DNA of 64,000 bases from an uncultured Nitrososphaeraceae archaeon (lineage in GTDB: Archaea > Thermoproteota > Nitrososphaeria > Nitrososphaerales > Nitrososphaeraceae), in the NCBI GenBank assembly GCA_963837175.1, contig CAWIMJ010000050.1:224001-288000 (forward strand). Direction: 5' to 3'. A program made the position numbers and the translations under genes. This document shows, one piece after another, positions 43,735-54,927 of this stretch (its first letter is position 1; every line of letters starts with the position of its first letter). Under the pieces are notes generated by a model. That model was not told the DNA's origin. It saw only the letters and a program-made list of their open reading frames with translations, and did no database searches.

Positions 43735-44241
43735 TTAATATAAATGTGGAAAATATTCTTTCTCAATTATCAAAATTTCCTGTTGATTTTCGGCGATTGA
43801 ATAATCCTCTAAAAGATTAGAATTTAGCTCCAAAAAAGTGTGACCCCATTTGAACTTTTCCATAAAAGCTTTCGCCATGCTCTTGTCTCCTAAAATATAA
43901 AATGAACCAGCGAGTGCCTCCGCAGTTGATAGCTTTCCCAATTTTGAGTAGTTGATGGGGTTTGCTGCAAGCATTGCTGGTAAACGCCGGCCCGTCAGGT
44001 GCTTATACAAAAATCTGTTTTTTAATTCTTGTTCAGATCTATTCCAAGAACAATCAATGGCACAGACAGAATCAGCAATCTTGGCATCTTGTTTACAAAG
44101 CAATATTGAAGAAAATGGATTTAAAACAAGAGTTTTTTTTGAGAGATATTTGACAGGTTGGGCTAGTTTAAATTTAGCCAGTTTGGCTGCAGTGCATTTA
44201 AAAGGATCGTCCTGTTTCAGCATAAACACAAAGGCTTTCAT
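43735..44241 (-). CDS. tsr3: 16S rRNA aminocarboxypropyltransferase Tsr3
   Basis: QDDPFKCTAAKL, IDCSW, RRLPAMLAANPINY, LSTAEALA, FKWGHTFLELN. Confidence 0.93.
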   Translation of the reverse strand: MKAFVFMLKQDDPFKCTAAKLAKFKLAQPVKYLSKKTLVLNPFSSILLCKQDAKIADSVCAIDCSWNRSEQELKNRFLYKHLTGRRLPAMLAANPINYSKLGKLSTAEALAGSFYILGDKSMAKAFMEKFKWGHTFLELNSNLLEDYSIAENQQEILIIEKEYFPHLY

Positions 44242-44550
44242 AATACCATTGTACTTTTTCTTAGATTATAAATAAACTGAAGCAGAAGATCAGGGAATTA
44301 TATATCTTGTGTCATCTTCAAAAAGTTATACATAAAAATGAAGAATTTGTTACGATTACCATGTTGTAAACTAATGTCAGCATATTTTAAAAGAGCCATA
44401 ATTTGGAATTTTTATTATGGTTCATTTCGTAATTTACCTTTGTATATATTTTTATGAGTATGTTTTTTTCTTTTTGAGCATATCCTATAATATTTAGACC
44501 AGGTTAATGATGATAAAATTCCAGGTATGAGGCGTACAAAAACTTTTTAG

Positions 44551-45854
44551 TTGTCATCTAAGATTACATTTGTGTCCGCTATTTCCACTCTTAAATTTCC
44601 TTTTGTGCTTAAAAAGGATCAATTAGAAGCGATCGATGCCTGGTTAAAAAATGGATTGAGAGGATCTCTAATTTATAGTACAGGAACTGGAAAAACCGAG
44701 ATTGCCTTTGAGTGTGCAAGACGCGCTGCAGATATGTATAGTTCAGACCGATTTAAAGTTCTGTTTCTTGTTCCAAGGATTGTATTGATTGAGCAAAATG
44801 TCAAACGCCTCTTAAATTATGGGTTAGGGAAAGAAGTTGTGGGAGTTTACTACAGTGAACGAAAAGATGCCAAAGAAATCACTATCAGTACATATCAGAG
44901 TGTCATAAACAACTTTCAGTTGATCCGAAATGCAAATATGATTGTACTGGATGAAATCCATCTTTTGAGCGAGACAGCAACAGAGTTTGATAAAATATTC
45001 GATGTAATTTTAGAGGACCCAAAAAAGGCAATACTGGGTCTCACAGCGACCTTAAACGAAAAGGATGGTAAATATTCAACCATTATGGTTGTTGCTCCAC
45101 CAATTAGAAAATATATGATAAAAGATGCAGTAATCGATGGTCGTCTTGCTAAACCTGTAATTATCCCAAGAGCAGTGAGATTTACTTCATATGAGCAAAG
45201 AGTATATGAAGAAACAAGCTCCAAAATAAAAGAGATATCAGCAAGATTGCAAGTACATGATCCAGTCACCATTTCAAAAATACTTATGAATGGCGGCCTA
45301 GATCTTCTCTAGCAAAATCGTGGTTTGCTAATGTTCGTAGACGAAAAGAAATTCTTAACACTGCGAGTCAGAAGTTTATTCAGGTGTTGAATATTGTAAA
45401 AGAACATCCAAATGAAAGAATTATGATATTTAGTGAAACAATAGAATCAATCGAAAAATTAAAAAAAATACTGAAAGAAAATCATATACATGCAGAAACT
45501 ATGCATAACCAAATAAGAGCAAAGGATAGGAAACTCCTACTTGAACAATGGGGGAAGGAATATTTTCCCTTGCTTTCGGTTCATACCCTTGAGATAGGTT
45601 ACGACATTCCACAGGCAGGTATAGCGATAATAATTTCCAGCACTTCTAATATAAATCAGATTGTTCAGAGAATTGGTAGAGTTACAAGAAAGTTTGAAGG
45701 AAAAAATAGAGCACTTATCTACGTGATTTATGTAAATGACACTAAAGATGATAATATTCTCAAACTAGTGAAGGAAGCAATTGAAAAGAAAGGATATACC
45801 AATGTAGAATCGTTCAAAGAAAAAACGATTTTATCATACTTCAGTGGTGATTAA
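44551..45854 (+). CDS. XPB/Rad25-like SF2 helicase, split by a 1-bp frameshift at ~45297
   Basis: TGTGKT, DEIH, LGLTAT, then QRIGRV; the bridging frame RSSLAKSWFANVRRRKEIL joins the two ORFs. Confidence 0.85.
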
Positions 45855-45894
45855 AATGATTAATTTGCAATAGTTATTCTCATTTGTAGTATAC

Positions 45895-46563
45895 TTACTG
45901 ATCATTAATGATGTTATTTGGTATCAATGCCAAATTAAGAATTGTGTCAAAATATGAATCTACATCCATTTCCGTGACTTGCCCGTCATCGATATTTATA
46001 ATATAGATCATGTGTAGTCTTCCATTCAGAATTTCGTCCCAATTCACTGGAGGATTTCGATAATACCTATCACATAGAAGCTTAACTTTTTCAATTTGTT
46101 CTTCTTTTCTATCACGCGGCGGTCGGCTGAATATCTTAGGTATAGGAAGAATGCTGACAGGTGGTGTTGCCAAAACAAATTGATTTGCGAATTTACTATA
46201 TCTCGCAATTTTACTTGCGAGCCGGGCAACATAGTAAGATAAAGGATCCAGCGCATGTTCTGGTGGAATAAATCCGGTTTCAATTTCAACTATTGCTTCG
46301 CCATCTCCCTTAGTTGCATGAAGATCACACACAAGGATATTGGTCAGCTGTTTTTCTACGTCAACATTGTAGCCATAACGTATCAGGTGCCTAGCGCAGA
46401 CCAGTTCCATAGCAGAGTGGTTAATTTTTACTATATTTTTCTTATAAAGATCTATTAATCTAAATTTAACGAAATTCATCCTTTGAATGGTCTCTTCTGT
46501 TTCTCCAATAGTCATTTTGTTAGAAAGATTCGTTACATCTAGAATAAAACGCCTTAAATCCAA
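45895..46563 (-). CDS. Conserved archaeal hypothetical protein (nuclease-fold-like)
   Basis: VDVEKQL..ILVCDL....IVEIETGFIPPEHALDP. Confidence 0.7.
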   Translation of the reverse strand: MDLRRFILDVTNLSNKMTIGETEETIQRMNFVKFRLIDLYKKNIVKINHSAMELVCARHLIRYGYNVDVEKQLTNILVCDLHATKGDGEAIVEIETGFIPPEHALDPLSYYVARLASKIARYSKFANQFVLATPPVSILPIPKIFSRPPRDRKEEQIEKVKLLCDRYYRNPPVNWDEILNGRLHMIYIINIDDGQVTEMDVDSYFDTILNLALIPNNIINDQ

Positions 46564-46651
46564 ATATAAGTATGAAGAATCAGGTCGTGTTTAAATATGC
46601 CGTTCTCCAATAGTAAAATTAAAAATGCTGCCAATAATAAATTGTTTGTAA

Positions 46652-47800
46652 ATGTCCTCAATTAATAAGATAACGGTTCTAGGTTCAGGAATAATGGGTC
46701 ATGGAATAGCACAAGTCTCAGCAATGGCAGGTTATAATGTTGCATTGCGGGATATAGATCAAGCTTTCCTGGATAAGGCAATGGAAAAAATACGATGGTC
46801 TCTTAATAAACTAGTTGAAAAGCAAAAGATAAATGCTAATCAGGCAGAAGACATACTATCTCGCATTTTGCCTGTAGTAGACATCAAGCAAGCACTAAGA
46901 GGGGCTGATATGGTCATTGAAGCGGTACCGGAAGACATGAACCTGAAAAGAAAAGTATATGATGAAGTAAATAGATACTCTGAAAATCAGACTATTTATG
47001 CCTCTAATACCAGCACTTTGCCCATCACTGAAATGGCAGAATTGACTAACAGACCGAACCATTTTATCGGTATACATTTTTTTAATCCTCCTCAGTTGAT
47101 GCAGCTTGTAGAGGTCATACCTGGAAAGTTAACTGATCAAGGTATAACTAATACAACAATGGATTTTGTGACGCGAATAGGTAAACAACCTGTCTTATGT
47201 AGGAAGGACGTTGCAGGTTTCATCGTTAATCGAATTTTTATTCCGCTCGTACACGAAGCCGTGTATTGCCAAGAAAGGGATGGGTCTTCTATGTTGCAGA
47301 TTGATTCGGCAGTGAAATTCAAGATGGCCTTTCCGATGGGAATATTTGAGCTAGCAGACTACACAGGCCTTGATGTTATCCACAAAGCAACAACAGAAAT
47401 GTATTCCCGCGATAACGCTGTAATTAATCCTCATCCTAAAATTAAAGAATTATTTGATCAAGGAAATTTAGGGCAAAAATCTGGGAAAGGATTTTATGAT
47501 TATAAAGGTGAAAAGTACGAAAGAATAAATCTAACTGCACAAGAAGCAGAGAAATATGATCCCATAAATTTAATTGCAGTTGCCGCTAATAGTGCCGCAT
47601 GGCTTCTCTCAAATGGAGTTTGTAACGAAGAAGATTTGGAGAAAGCATTGAGATTAGGAATGGGATTAAAAGAAAAGTTGTTCAAGACAATGGAAAGTTT
47701 TGGAACTGAAAAAATTGTAAACAGACTGACAGAATTGAAAAACGAATACGGTTCTTTTTACGATCCGAACGCGTACTTATTCAATTACAAACGCTCCTAA
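46652..47800 (+). CDS. 3-hydroxyacyl(butyryl)-CoA dehydrogenase (3HP/4HB cycle candidate)
   Basis: VLGSGIMGHGIA, IEAVPE, ASNTS, GIHFFNP, GFIVNR, PMGIFELAD. Confidence 0.92.
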   Translation: MSSINKITVLGSGIMGHGIAQVSAMAGYNVALRDIDQAFLDKAMEKIRWSLNKLVEKQKINANQAEDILSRILPVVDIKQALRGADMVIEAVPEDMNLKRKVYDEVNRYSENQTIYASNTSTLPITEMAELTNRPNHFIGIHFFNPPQLMQLVEVIPGKLTDQGITNTTMDFVTRIGKQPVLCRKDVAGFIVNRIFIPLVHEAVYCQERDGSSMLQIDSAVKFKMAFPMGIFELADYTGLDVIHKATTEMYSRDNAVINPHPKIKELFDQGNLGQKSGKGFYDYKGEKYERINLTAQEAEKYDPINLIAVAANSAAWLLSNGVCNEEDLEKALRLGMGLKEKLFKTMESFGTEKIVNRLTELKNEYGSFYDPNAYLFNYKRS

Positions 47801-47964
47801 TCTTTCTTGTGTCTAAAATTATTTGAAAAGATAATTGGCAGCGTATAGTGCATCCGTAAATCTTTTTTTCGTACATATATAGTTTTTTTTGCTACTTTAT
47901 ATTTTATACATCTTCTAATTATTTTGTTTTTATATTATTTTATTTATTTGCCTTCTATTGTAAA

Positions 47965-49305
47965 CTAATTATCTTTGGCACAACGAAAGCCTGCAAAGAG
48001 GATTCGTTCATGTGGTTTAAAGTAGTTTCTATAGCTATTTCTTATCTGGCTAGACGGTGTGGAAAAGCTTCCTCCTCTTAGTACTTTTTGATTTATTGAC
48101 CATTTGTCAGTATACTCTGAAAATCTGGATTTGAACCTAGGATAAAGCACATATTCGGAAGAAGTCCATTCCCATACATCGCCTATCATCTGATGACAGC
48201 CATAATAGCTCTTACCAGCAGGATATGATCCAACCTTTGTCGGAGCCCATAAATATGATTCCATTAAGTTGGCGTGTTTATAGGTGGGTTTTTCATTTCC
48301 CCACGGATACATGTTTTTTGTATGCAAGTCCTCATTCCAGCTTGCCGCTTTTTCCCATTCAGCTTCAGTAGGAAGTCTCATACCGGCCCACCGAGCATAA
48401 GCGTCAGCTTCATAGTAGCTGATATTGGTAACTGGCTCATCAGTTTCAATTTTATTGATACCGCGAAAGTCCTTTTTTATCCAAGCACCTTCTCCTTTTT
48501 TATATTCCCAATAAAGAGGAGCTTTCCACGCGTGCTCAGTTACCCATTCCCAGCCATCGGCTAACCAGTATCTGTAATCTTTGTACCCACCATCTTCAAT
48601 GAATTTAATGAACTGTCCATTTGTGACAGGTGCAACATCTATTTTGAATGGCTGCAAGTAAACTTTGTGCTCAGGTAGTTCGTTGTCATAACAAAATCCT
48701 TTACCATTGAATCCAAGTTCGTAAATTCCTTCGGGAACATCTACCATGCCTATCGGCTTTTCTACAGGTAAAGGAGGAACTCGCATTTTGATAGGTTTGT
48801 AGTTATCAGATTCATATGGAAAACGCTGGAAATAATGCTGAAAATCATAGACCATTAGCTCTTGATGCTGCATCTCATGCTGGTTTCCCAGCATAATCTC
48901 ATATAGTATTTCCTCAGATATTTTATTTGAGGATTCAATTTCTTTTAAAAATGAAACAATTTGCCCTTCGATAAAAGATCTGTATTTCATAGTCTCTTCA
49001 ATAGTTGGACGGGGGAATCTACCTCTTTGAGTTTTTGGTAATATTTCGCCAAATCTATGATAATAAGAGTTTAGATAATGTAGGTCAATATTTACATTTG
49101 ATACTTTATCTTTATCATACTTTTCCAATATTTTTTGGAAGAACCAAGTAACATGGGCAATGTGCCAATTAGGAGGACTGCCAAAATCGCTGGATTGAAT
49201 AACAGCATCCTCTATCTGCAAAGGTTTGAAGAGATTAATCGTATTTTTTCTGACAGTAATAAACTCTTTGAGTAATTCTTCAAGGCTTAATATTAATTGA
49301 TACAT
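47965..49305 (-). CDS. egtB: Ergothioneine sulfoxide synthase EgtB-like
   Basis: DinB-like N-domain SPPNWHIAHVTWFF, HEMQHQEL; FGE domain RLPTEAEWE, GDVWEW, VLRGGS, YRNY, GFRCA. Confidence 0.85.
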   Translation of the reverse strand: MYQLILSLEELLKEFITVRKNTINLFKPLQIEDAVIQSSDFGSPPNWHIAHVTWFFQKILEKYDKDKVSNVNIDLHYLNSYYHRFGEILPKTQRGRFPRPTIEETMKYRSFIEGQIVSFLKEIESSNKISEEILYEIMLGNQHEMQHQELMVYDFQHYFQRFPYESDNYKPIKMRVPPLPVEKPIGMVDVPEGIYELGFNGKGFCYDNELPEHKVYLQPFKIDVAPVTNGQFIKFIEDGGYKDYRYWLADGWEWVTEHAWKAPLYWEYKKGEGAWIKKDFRGINKIETDEPVTNISYYEADAYARWAGMRLPTEAEWEKAASWNEDLHTKNMYPWGNEKPTYKHANLMESYLWAPTKVGSYPAGKSYYGCHQMIGDVWEWTSSEYVLYPRFKSRFSEYTDKWSINQKVLRGGSFSTPSSQIRNSYRNYFKPHERILFAGFRCAKDN

Positions 49306-49678
49306 GACATATGGGAATAGGTACTAGTATAAATATTTCCTCTTGTTTAAATTATTAAAAGATTCGTAGCGAGAGATGCAACAAATGATCAGTCAATTTA
49401 ACGCTGTCTAACTCCCATCGTTTCACCCGCATATGTCAATCAAAAACTCATTCATTTGTATCATGAAATAGCGATTGAAAGAGAAATCAAAAAGGTAATG
49501 TCTGTGGTAGAGGAATATATATTAGTAGTAAGAATGAATATTAAAGCAGAAATAAGTATTGATTTAGAATAAGTTTATAATATATTGACAATGAATTTTG
49601 GGATAGTCATGTTAAATTATCAAGAAAGTTCTACAGTTGCTAAACAATTATTTTGCAGTCTAATATGAATTAATAAAA

Positions 49679-50206
49679 ATGACAAAAATTGGGAATGCTT
49701 ATAGATGGATGTATGGTCGTGTAGCGGACCGACCAACCAATTTCAGTTGGGTTCTTGATGGTAAACTAGCAGGTAGTGGTCTACCTATGACTTATTCTCA
49801 ATTCTTTTGGTTAATTAAACATGGCATTAAAACCATTATTACAGTGAGAGAAGTGCCCTTGCCATCAAACTGGTTTACTGATAGTATAAACAATATAGAT
49901 CGTGATAATGTTAATTATTTACATCTTAGAGTAGAAGATTTTGGCTCTCCATCTATCGAAGAAATAGATAGTACGGTAGAATATATCCAACACCAGATAG
50001 ATAATAAAAAGCCAGTTATGGTTCATTGTGCAGCTGGTAAGGGAAGGACTGGGACTATATTGGCTGCATACCTTTTGAAAAACGAAAATTTGACAGCGGA
50101 GCAAGCTATAAAGAAAATTAGAAATCTTCGTCCTGGGTCGATTCAATCTAATATACAGGAAATGACAATCTCTATATATGAAAATTATCTTAAGACTGTA
50201 AAGTAA
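49679..50206 (+). CDS. Dual-specificity protein phosphatase
   Basis: VHCAAGKGRTG (CX5R); general acid D in VEDFGSP. Confidence 0.93.
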   Translation: MTKIGNAYRWMYGRVADRPTNFSWVLDGKLAGSGLPMTYSQFFWLIKHGIKTIITVREVPLPSNWFTDSINNIDRDNVNYLHLRVEDFGSPSIEEIDSTVEYIQHQIDNKKPVMVHCAAGKGRTGTILAAYLLKNENLTAEQAIKKIRNLRPGSIQSNIQEMTISIYENYLKTVK

Positions 50207-50755
50207 GAGTCATTGAAATAAAAAATGTCTCTTCTTTCCGCAGGGCATTTTCAAAGAATAATAGACGACTCAGAGTAAAAGATAAGAATATTAATGAATA
50301 GGTGCAAGGTGTTATTTCAATAGATCATATAAATGTCAATTTTTCACTAGTTTTTATTGAATATATTAACGGTATAATGTAGTATATTTGTTATTAAATG
50401 TTAATAAAGCAATTCTAGAAAAGCACGATCTAAAAAGAAGGTGTACCATGGATGAGGTGCATAGAAAACAAGGGGTAAACTCTTTCATCTCTAAGCGTTG
50501 TTAAATTGTAAATTGAATGGCAAAGATATAAACACAAAAATTCCAATAAGGCACTGCCAAATGTTCCTTTTGCTGATGATTCTTTCGATCTAATGAGAGA
50601 TAACATATATACATATTATAACAACCATAGAGAACATATTTAAAAAAGAAAGCACGAGTAATAAACATATCATAAAAATTTTATCTATGTGAAAACTTGT
50701 GGCAGTGCCGCTCCAATATAAAAGAACATGATGATAAGCTGCTGATATCTCTTTT

Positions 50756-51520
50756 TTAGGGCACAATTTTTGGCTTATTTAATTCATGTGAAATATGAAA
50801 TTTGTTGTACCAAAACAAAGCACCTGCCATAATGATAAAGTCTGTAACATAAAATAGATCCCATGTCCACATATTTTGTGAATTTCCGTTTACAAAGTCG
50901 TTTACATATCCATCATCAGCTATTGCATTGACTAATAACGACAAAGATGAAAGAAACCAAGGAATAGAGTGCTTATAGTCTTTGCGTAAACTCACAAGTA
51001 TTAGAGCAGAAGGGATAATTAATATCAAATCTAAAACAGGATAGGCAATGGTAACAACAAATACCGCGAAGTCTATATCAATAAGATATTCTGATGAGAC
51101 TAAATTAATTACATTATACATAACAAATAGTATTGTAACAATTGATACCATAACCACAATTCCTGGCTTAATTGTACTAGGTAATGATCGGAGTACTGTA
51201 AACAAATGTAAAGCTAAGAATACATATCCAGCAAACCAGAAACCATCCGTGAGAGTTACTAGTTTCTGTTCCTCTATACCTAGACCATAATAGTAATACA
51301 TAAGCGTAAGGTCAGCAGCGAACCAAGAGGCTAAACCTAACATGAGAAAAAGATATGATTTGCCATGAAATCCCTGAAGCCCATGTCTATATACTGCAAT
51401 TATGGCTAAACTGGTAGCAATAGCTCCAGTTATGTTTAATATCCAAAGGGCAGTAGCATGCTTCTTATGTGCGGGCGAGAAAAAGATTATAGAGTTTGCA
51501 ACTATTGCGGAAGTAACCAA
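50756..51520 (-). CDS. Multi-pass membrane protein (sensor-type TM domain, no kinase attached)
   Basis: 7-8 TM helices; DGFWFAGY, YPVLDL; the true start may be ~51584 with an indel. Confidence 0.7.
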   Translation of the reverse strand: MVTSAIVANSIIFFSPAHKKHATALWILNITGAIATSLAIIAVYRHGLQGFHGKSYLFLMLGLASWFAADLTLMYYYYGLGIEEQKLVTLTDGFWFAGYVFLALHLFTVLRSLPSTIKPGIVVMVSIVTILFVMYNVINLVSSEYLIDIDFAVFVVTIAYPVLDLILIIPSALILVSLRKDYKHSIPWFLSSLSLLVNAIADDGYVNDFVNGNSQNMWTWDLFYVTDFIIMAGALFWYNKFHISHELNKPKIVP

Positions 51521-51754
51521 TGCTAAAATAAGAATCTGTATGGTTAACTTTTGATGATCCTCTTTTTGGGTCAGATAAATCCATCCAACGCATAGTTTGA
51601 TTATATAAAAGGTTTTAGTTTGATGTAGCGCTCTTTATTTCAGAATCGCTTCTACTATTTATTTTATTATATTTATTATATCTCTGTAGCTGTAGAAAGA
51701 AGTTTAACCAATGTCTCGCATGTGCTAATTACAGGTTTATTTTCTATAGAACGT

Positions 51755-52100
51755 AAATACCTTCATCAAAACATTCTGTTCTATCTTTGAAATATTAGAT
51801 TGTTAATCAGTACGCTTTTCAGAAGATAGATATAAAGATGACGATATTTTATAGTCAGTATCCACAAAGATGCATTAGTCAGTATTGCCTCGGTAGAAAT
51901 TGGAGTTTTCTCATATCTTTATTAAATATTGTATAGTTGTTTACAACAAACACATAAGGACGCATAAGCAACCACACACTTCCTTTCATGAAATGCAAAT
52001 TTTTTGAAATTATTATCTTATATTCACACTCAATTCCAACCTACAGCCATACAAAATTGAGTATCAACTTTAATTGTGGTTTCATCTACATAGTGAATTC
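51755..52100 (-). mobile_element. Degenerate IS6 relic
   Basis: CATCAAAACATTCTGTTCTATCTTT matches the tnp 3' region of the 10627 copy; VDETTIKV-like segment at ~52070; no TIRs. Confidence 0.7.
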
Positions 52101-52897
52101 TAAAGATAATTATATACTGCAGGGAGAGGCACTTCAATTCGTTTGCATATGATCATCATAGATATTCTATAATATCAGCTTTTAGACGGAATAAGTTTAA
52201 AACTTTGGATAAGCAGATCGATTAGAGAGGATAGTTTACATGCAATTCCTAGTTTCCAGTAAACATGTATTTTAATAAAATATTGCTACATTTTTATATG
52301 AAAATATTGAGCTAATACTTTAAAGCATTATTATATGCTCTTGAAGTGTAAATTTGAATTCAAATGATTATTGAGTTGTTTTTTGTGTTTCTGTTGATTA
52401 GTAACCTTTTCTGAAGCTCTCTCATCGAGAAGGTTCTATAAAATAACATGTATTATAACTGAATACTGGTAGATCGTAACAAAATGGTTAATGTCCTACA
52501 CTATTAACATCTGTTAATGTGCCTGAGTATAGAATCCCCTCTAGGAGCAACTCCAGAAATTAAGATTGCTATAAATAATAAAAAAAATATAAATTGATGA
52601 AAAAAAAGCATGAGCAAGTTAATCTTTCGAAGACTATAGAGTTCACAGAAAAAGCCAATAACTACTCGTGGTGTTGAATGCAGCCACTATTAGACCAGCC
52701 CATCAATATTTAACGAAAAGAAATAAAATGCTGAGTAATCGTAATCTTTCTTTGTCCATATCAAACTTGAAATTGGGAATCGAAATAAATAATCTATAAG
52801 ATTAATGTGTTGTTAGTTTTAACATCAATTGGAGTTAATCTTTGGGATCTAATCATATATTTTATAAATTGCATCTCATATAGAAAATGAATGCGAA

Positions 52898-53821
52898 ATG
52901 ACTCGTAACATACAAAATAGCAACCTACAGAATAATCGACTTGTTAAAAAATTTTGTGAATTATACTCAAAATCCCACTCATCATCGATAACTTGGGCCT
53001 CTTCACCAATATCTAAACCATCAGGAGGAAAGAAAGAGCATTTACTTATTTGCTATGCTGTTGCAGGATATCCAGATATCAAAACTACAAAAGAAATTGT
53101 TTCCGCTATGATTAAGTCAGGTGCTGACATAATTGAAATAGGGCTTCCTTTTTCAGATCCCATCGCAGATGGCCCTATAATTCAAGAAGCTTCTTTTATT
53201 GCGCTTACTCATGGAATAATACCTGATAAAGCTTTAGAAATTGTGAAAGACATTAGAAAGGAATTTCCAGATACACCAATAGTTGCAATGACATATTCAA
53301 ATATCTTACATAAAGCAGGATTTAGCAAATTCATGCTAAAAGCAAAAAGGTCTGGAATCGATGGTTTCATACTACCTGATATGCCTTTTGAAGAATCCAA
53401 TAGATATGTTAATGAAGCATCAAAACTAAACCTTGCTACAATCTTTTTAGTGTCACCTAATACAAATGAAGAAAGGTTACGTTCGATAGCTTCTAGATCT
53501 AGTGGATTTCTTTATTTAGTTTCAGTATATGGAACAACAGGTATTCGTAAATCATTTGAGGATTCGACTGCAAAATATATCAAAAATACCAAAAAAATTG
53601 TAGGTTCTTCCATTCCTATCGCTGTTGGATTTGGAATTAGCAATCCGTCACACGTTAAATTTATGATTAATGCTGGTGCTGATGCAGTAGTAGTTGCAAG
53701 TGCAATCATAAATATAATGAAAAGTTATATTGATGAACCAAATAATAATAAAAAGAAAAAAGAAATGTTAAAGAATATAGGAATATTTGTGTCAAGTATG
53801 AAAAAATCATGCATACAATAA
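52898..53821 (+). CDS. trpA: Tryptophan synthase alpha subunit
   Basis: AGYPD, IEIGLPFSDPIADGPIIQ, MTYSN, ILPDMP, YLVSVYGTTG, VGFGIS. Confidence 0.95.
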   Translation: MTRNIQNSNLQNNRLVKKFCELYSKSHSSSITWASSPISKPSGGKKEHLLICYAVAGYPDIKTTKEIVSAMIKSGADIIEIGLPFSDPIADGPIIQEASFIALTHGIIPDKALEIVKDIRKEFPDTPIVAMTYSNILHKAGFSKFMLKAKRSGIDGFILPDMPFEESNRYVNEASKLNLATIFLVSPNTNEERLRSIASRSSGFLYLVSVYGTTGIRKSFEDSTAKYIKNTKKIVGSSIPIAVGFGISNPSHVKFMINAGADAVVVASAIINIMKSYIDEPNNNKKKKEMLKNIGIFVSSMKKSCIQ

Positions 53822-54019
53822 ATTGACTCAATCACAGATTATTATAGTTTCGTAGTCAGGAGCTTGGAGAAATTGTTGTAGTAGGAGGTTGGCCCCACCC
53901 ACCATTTGCTACAGTTCGAGTGAGTATGGAGTCCCGCATGGCTACAAGCCTCTTCTGGCAGATGTGAAAGGTATATTTGTGGTAAACCTTATTCTATCCT
54001 AAATATTAGGCATGGATTA

Positions 54020-54401
54020 ACATTAATGGTAGTCATGCTGTCTTTCTTAAGGCCGTAGAAAATAAAACAATATACAGCCGGTGCTTGGTCATATCGAGAA
54101 TAGGATAACTCATTGGCAGGTTGATGTCGAGTCTGAATGGCAAAGCCTTGGTATCGGAACTACACTTATGAAAGCCATTGATCAACAATTTGCATCCTTG
54201 GCCGATCGGTATGAACTCTTTGCTAGTCACAATAGCACTCGCAGTTTGCATCTTTATCAAAAGCTAGGATACTATGAATTCAAAAGAATTAAGGTGAATG
54301 ATTCGTTAATTTTGATATTAATAGAGAAGTATGTTAATATGAAAGAAATACTCGTAGATTATGCATACGATACCTTCTTTATCCATCAAGCCCCTACATA
54401 A
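54020..54401 (+). pseudogene. GNAT acetyltransferase, 5' degraded
   Basis: WQSLGIGTTLM, SLHLYQKLGYYEF; upstream out-of-frame AVFLKAVENKTI. Confidence 0.6.
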
Positions 54402-54927
54402 ATGGAAGAATCGCTGGGTCTTTTTTTAATAACTTTCATTCTGGGTTCTTCGATTGTCAATTCGTATCCAAATTCCCAGCTTTATGATTACTCTTTATGA
54501 TTATATTAGGAATCAAAATATCCCTCTACTTTCTCGTAAATTATTTTATAAGCCTTCTTAATTATATCATCAAAATATCTTCATCATTGAATATTGTTGG
54601 TTTGGTACTGTTAGGTAAGTTTTGCTTTTCATTGCGGAAGATACATCAATTGTCTTTTGTTGCCTGAAATATAGTGTCATACTTCGCATCTGCGACAACT
54701 ACTGTGAAGTTCTTTGACAAAGAGATGCATTAAGGACTGCCTTCAATATTACTAAATAAATCTTCTATTATAGAGCCTAACGATAATGATGATTTACCAC
54801 TTGCCTAGAGAATAGTATGAAATAAAGAATTGAATGGAATAATTGGAACAATATACTCATATCAAATAGCACAATTTCTTATTGTCTATTGTTATATTGT
54901 TATCCGATACTGCTGCTGACCAGAAAT

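Noticed and set aside
43578-43766. 62-aa minus-strand ORF
   Set aside because: Overlaps the RNase P RNA and the end of tsr3; shadow ORF.
38162-46563. Defence system made of REase-like genes plus a helicase
   Set aside because: The genes are dispersed among housekeeping loci with no methylase or defence-island context.
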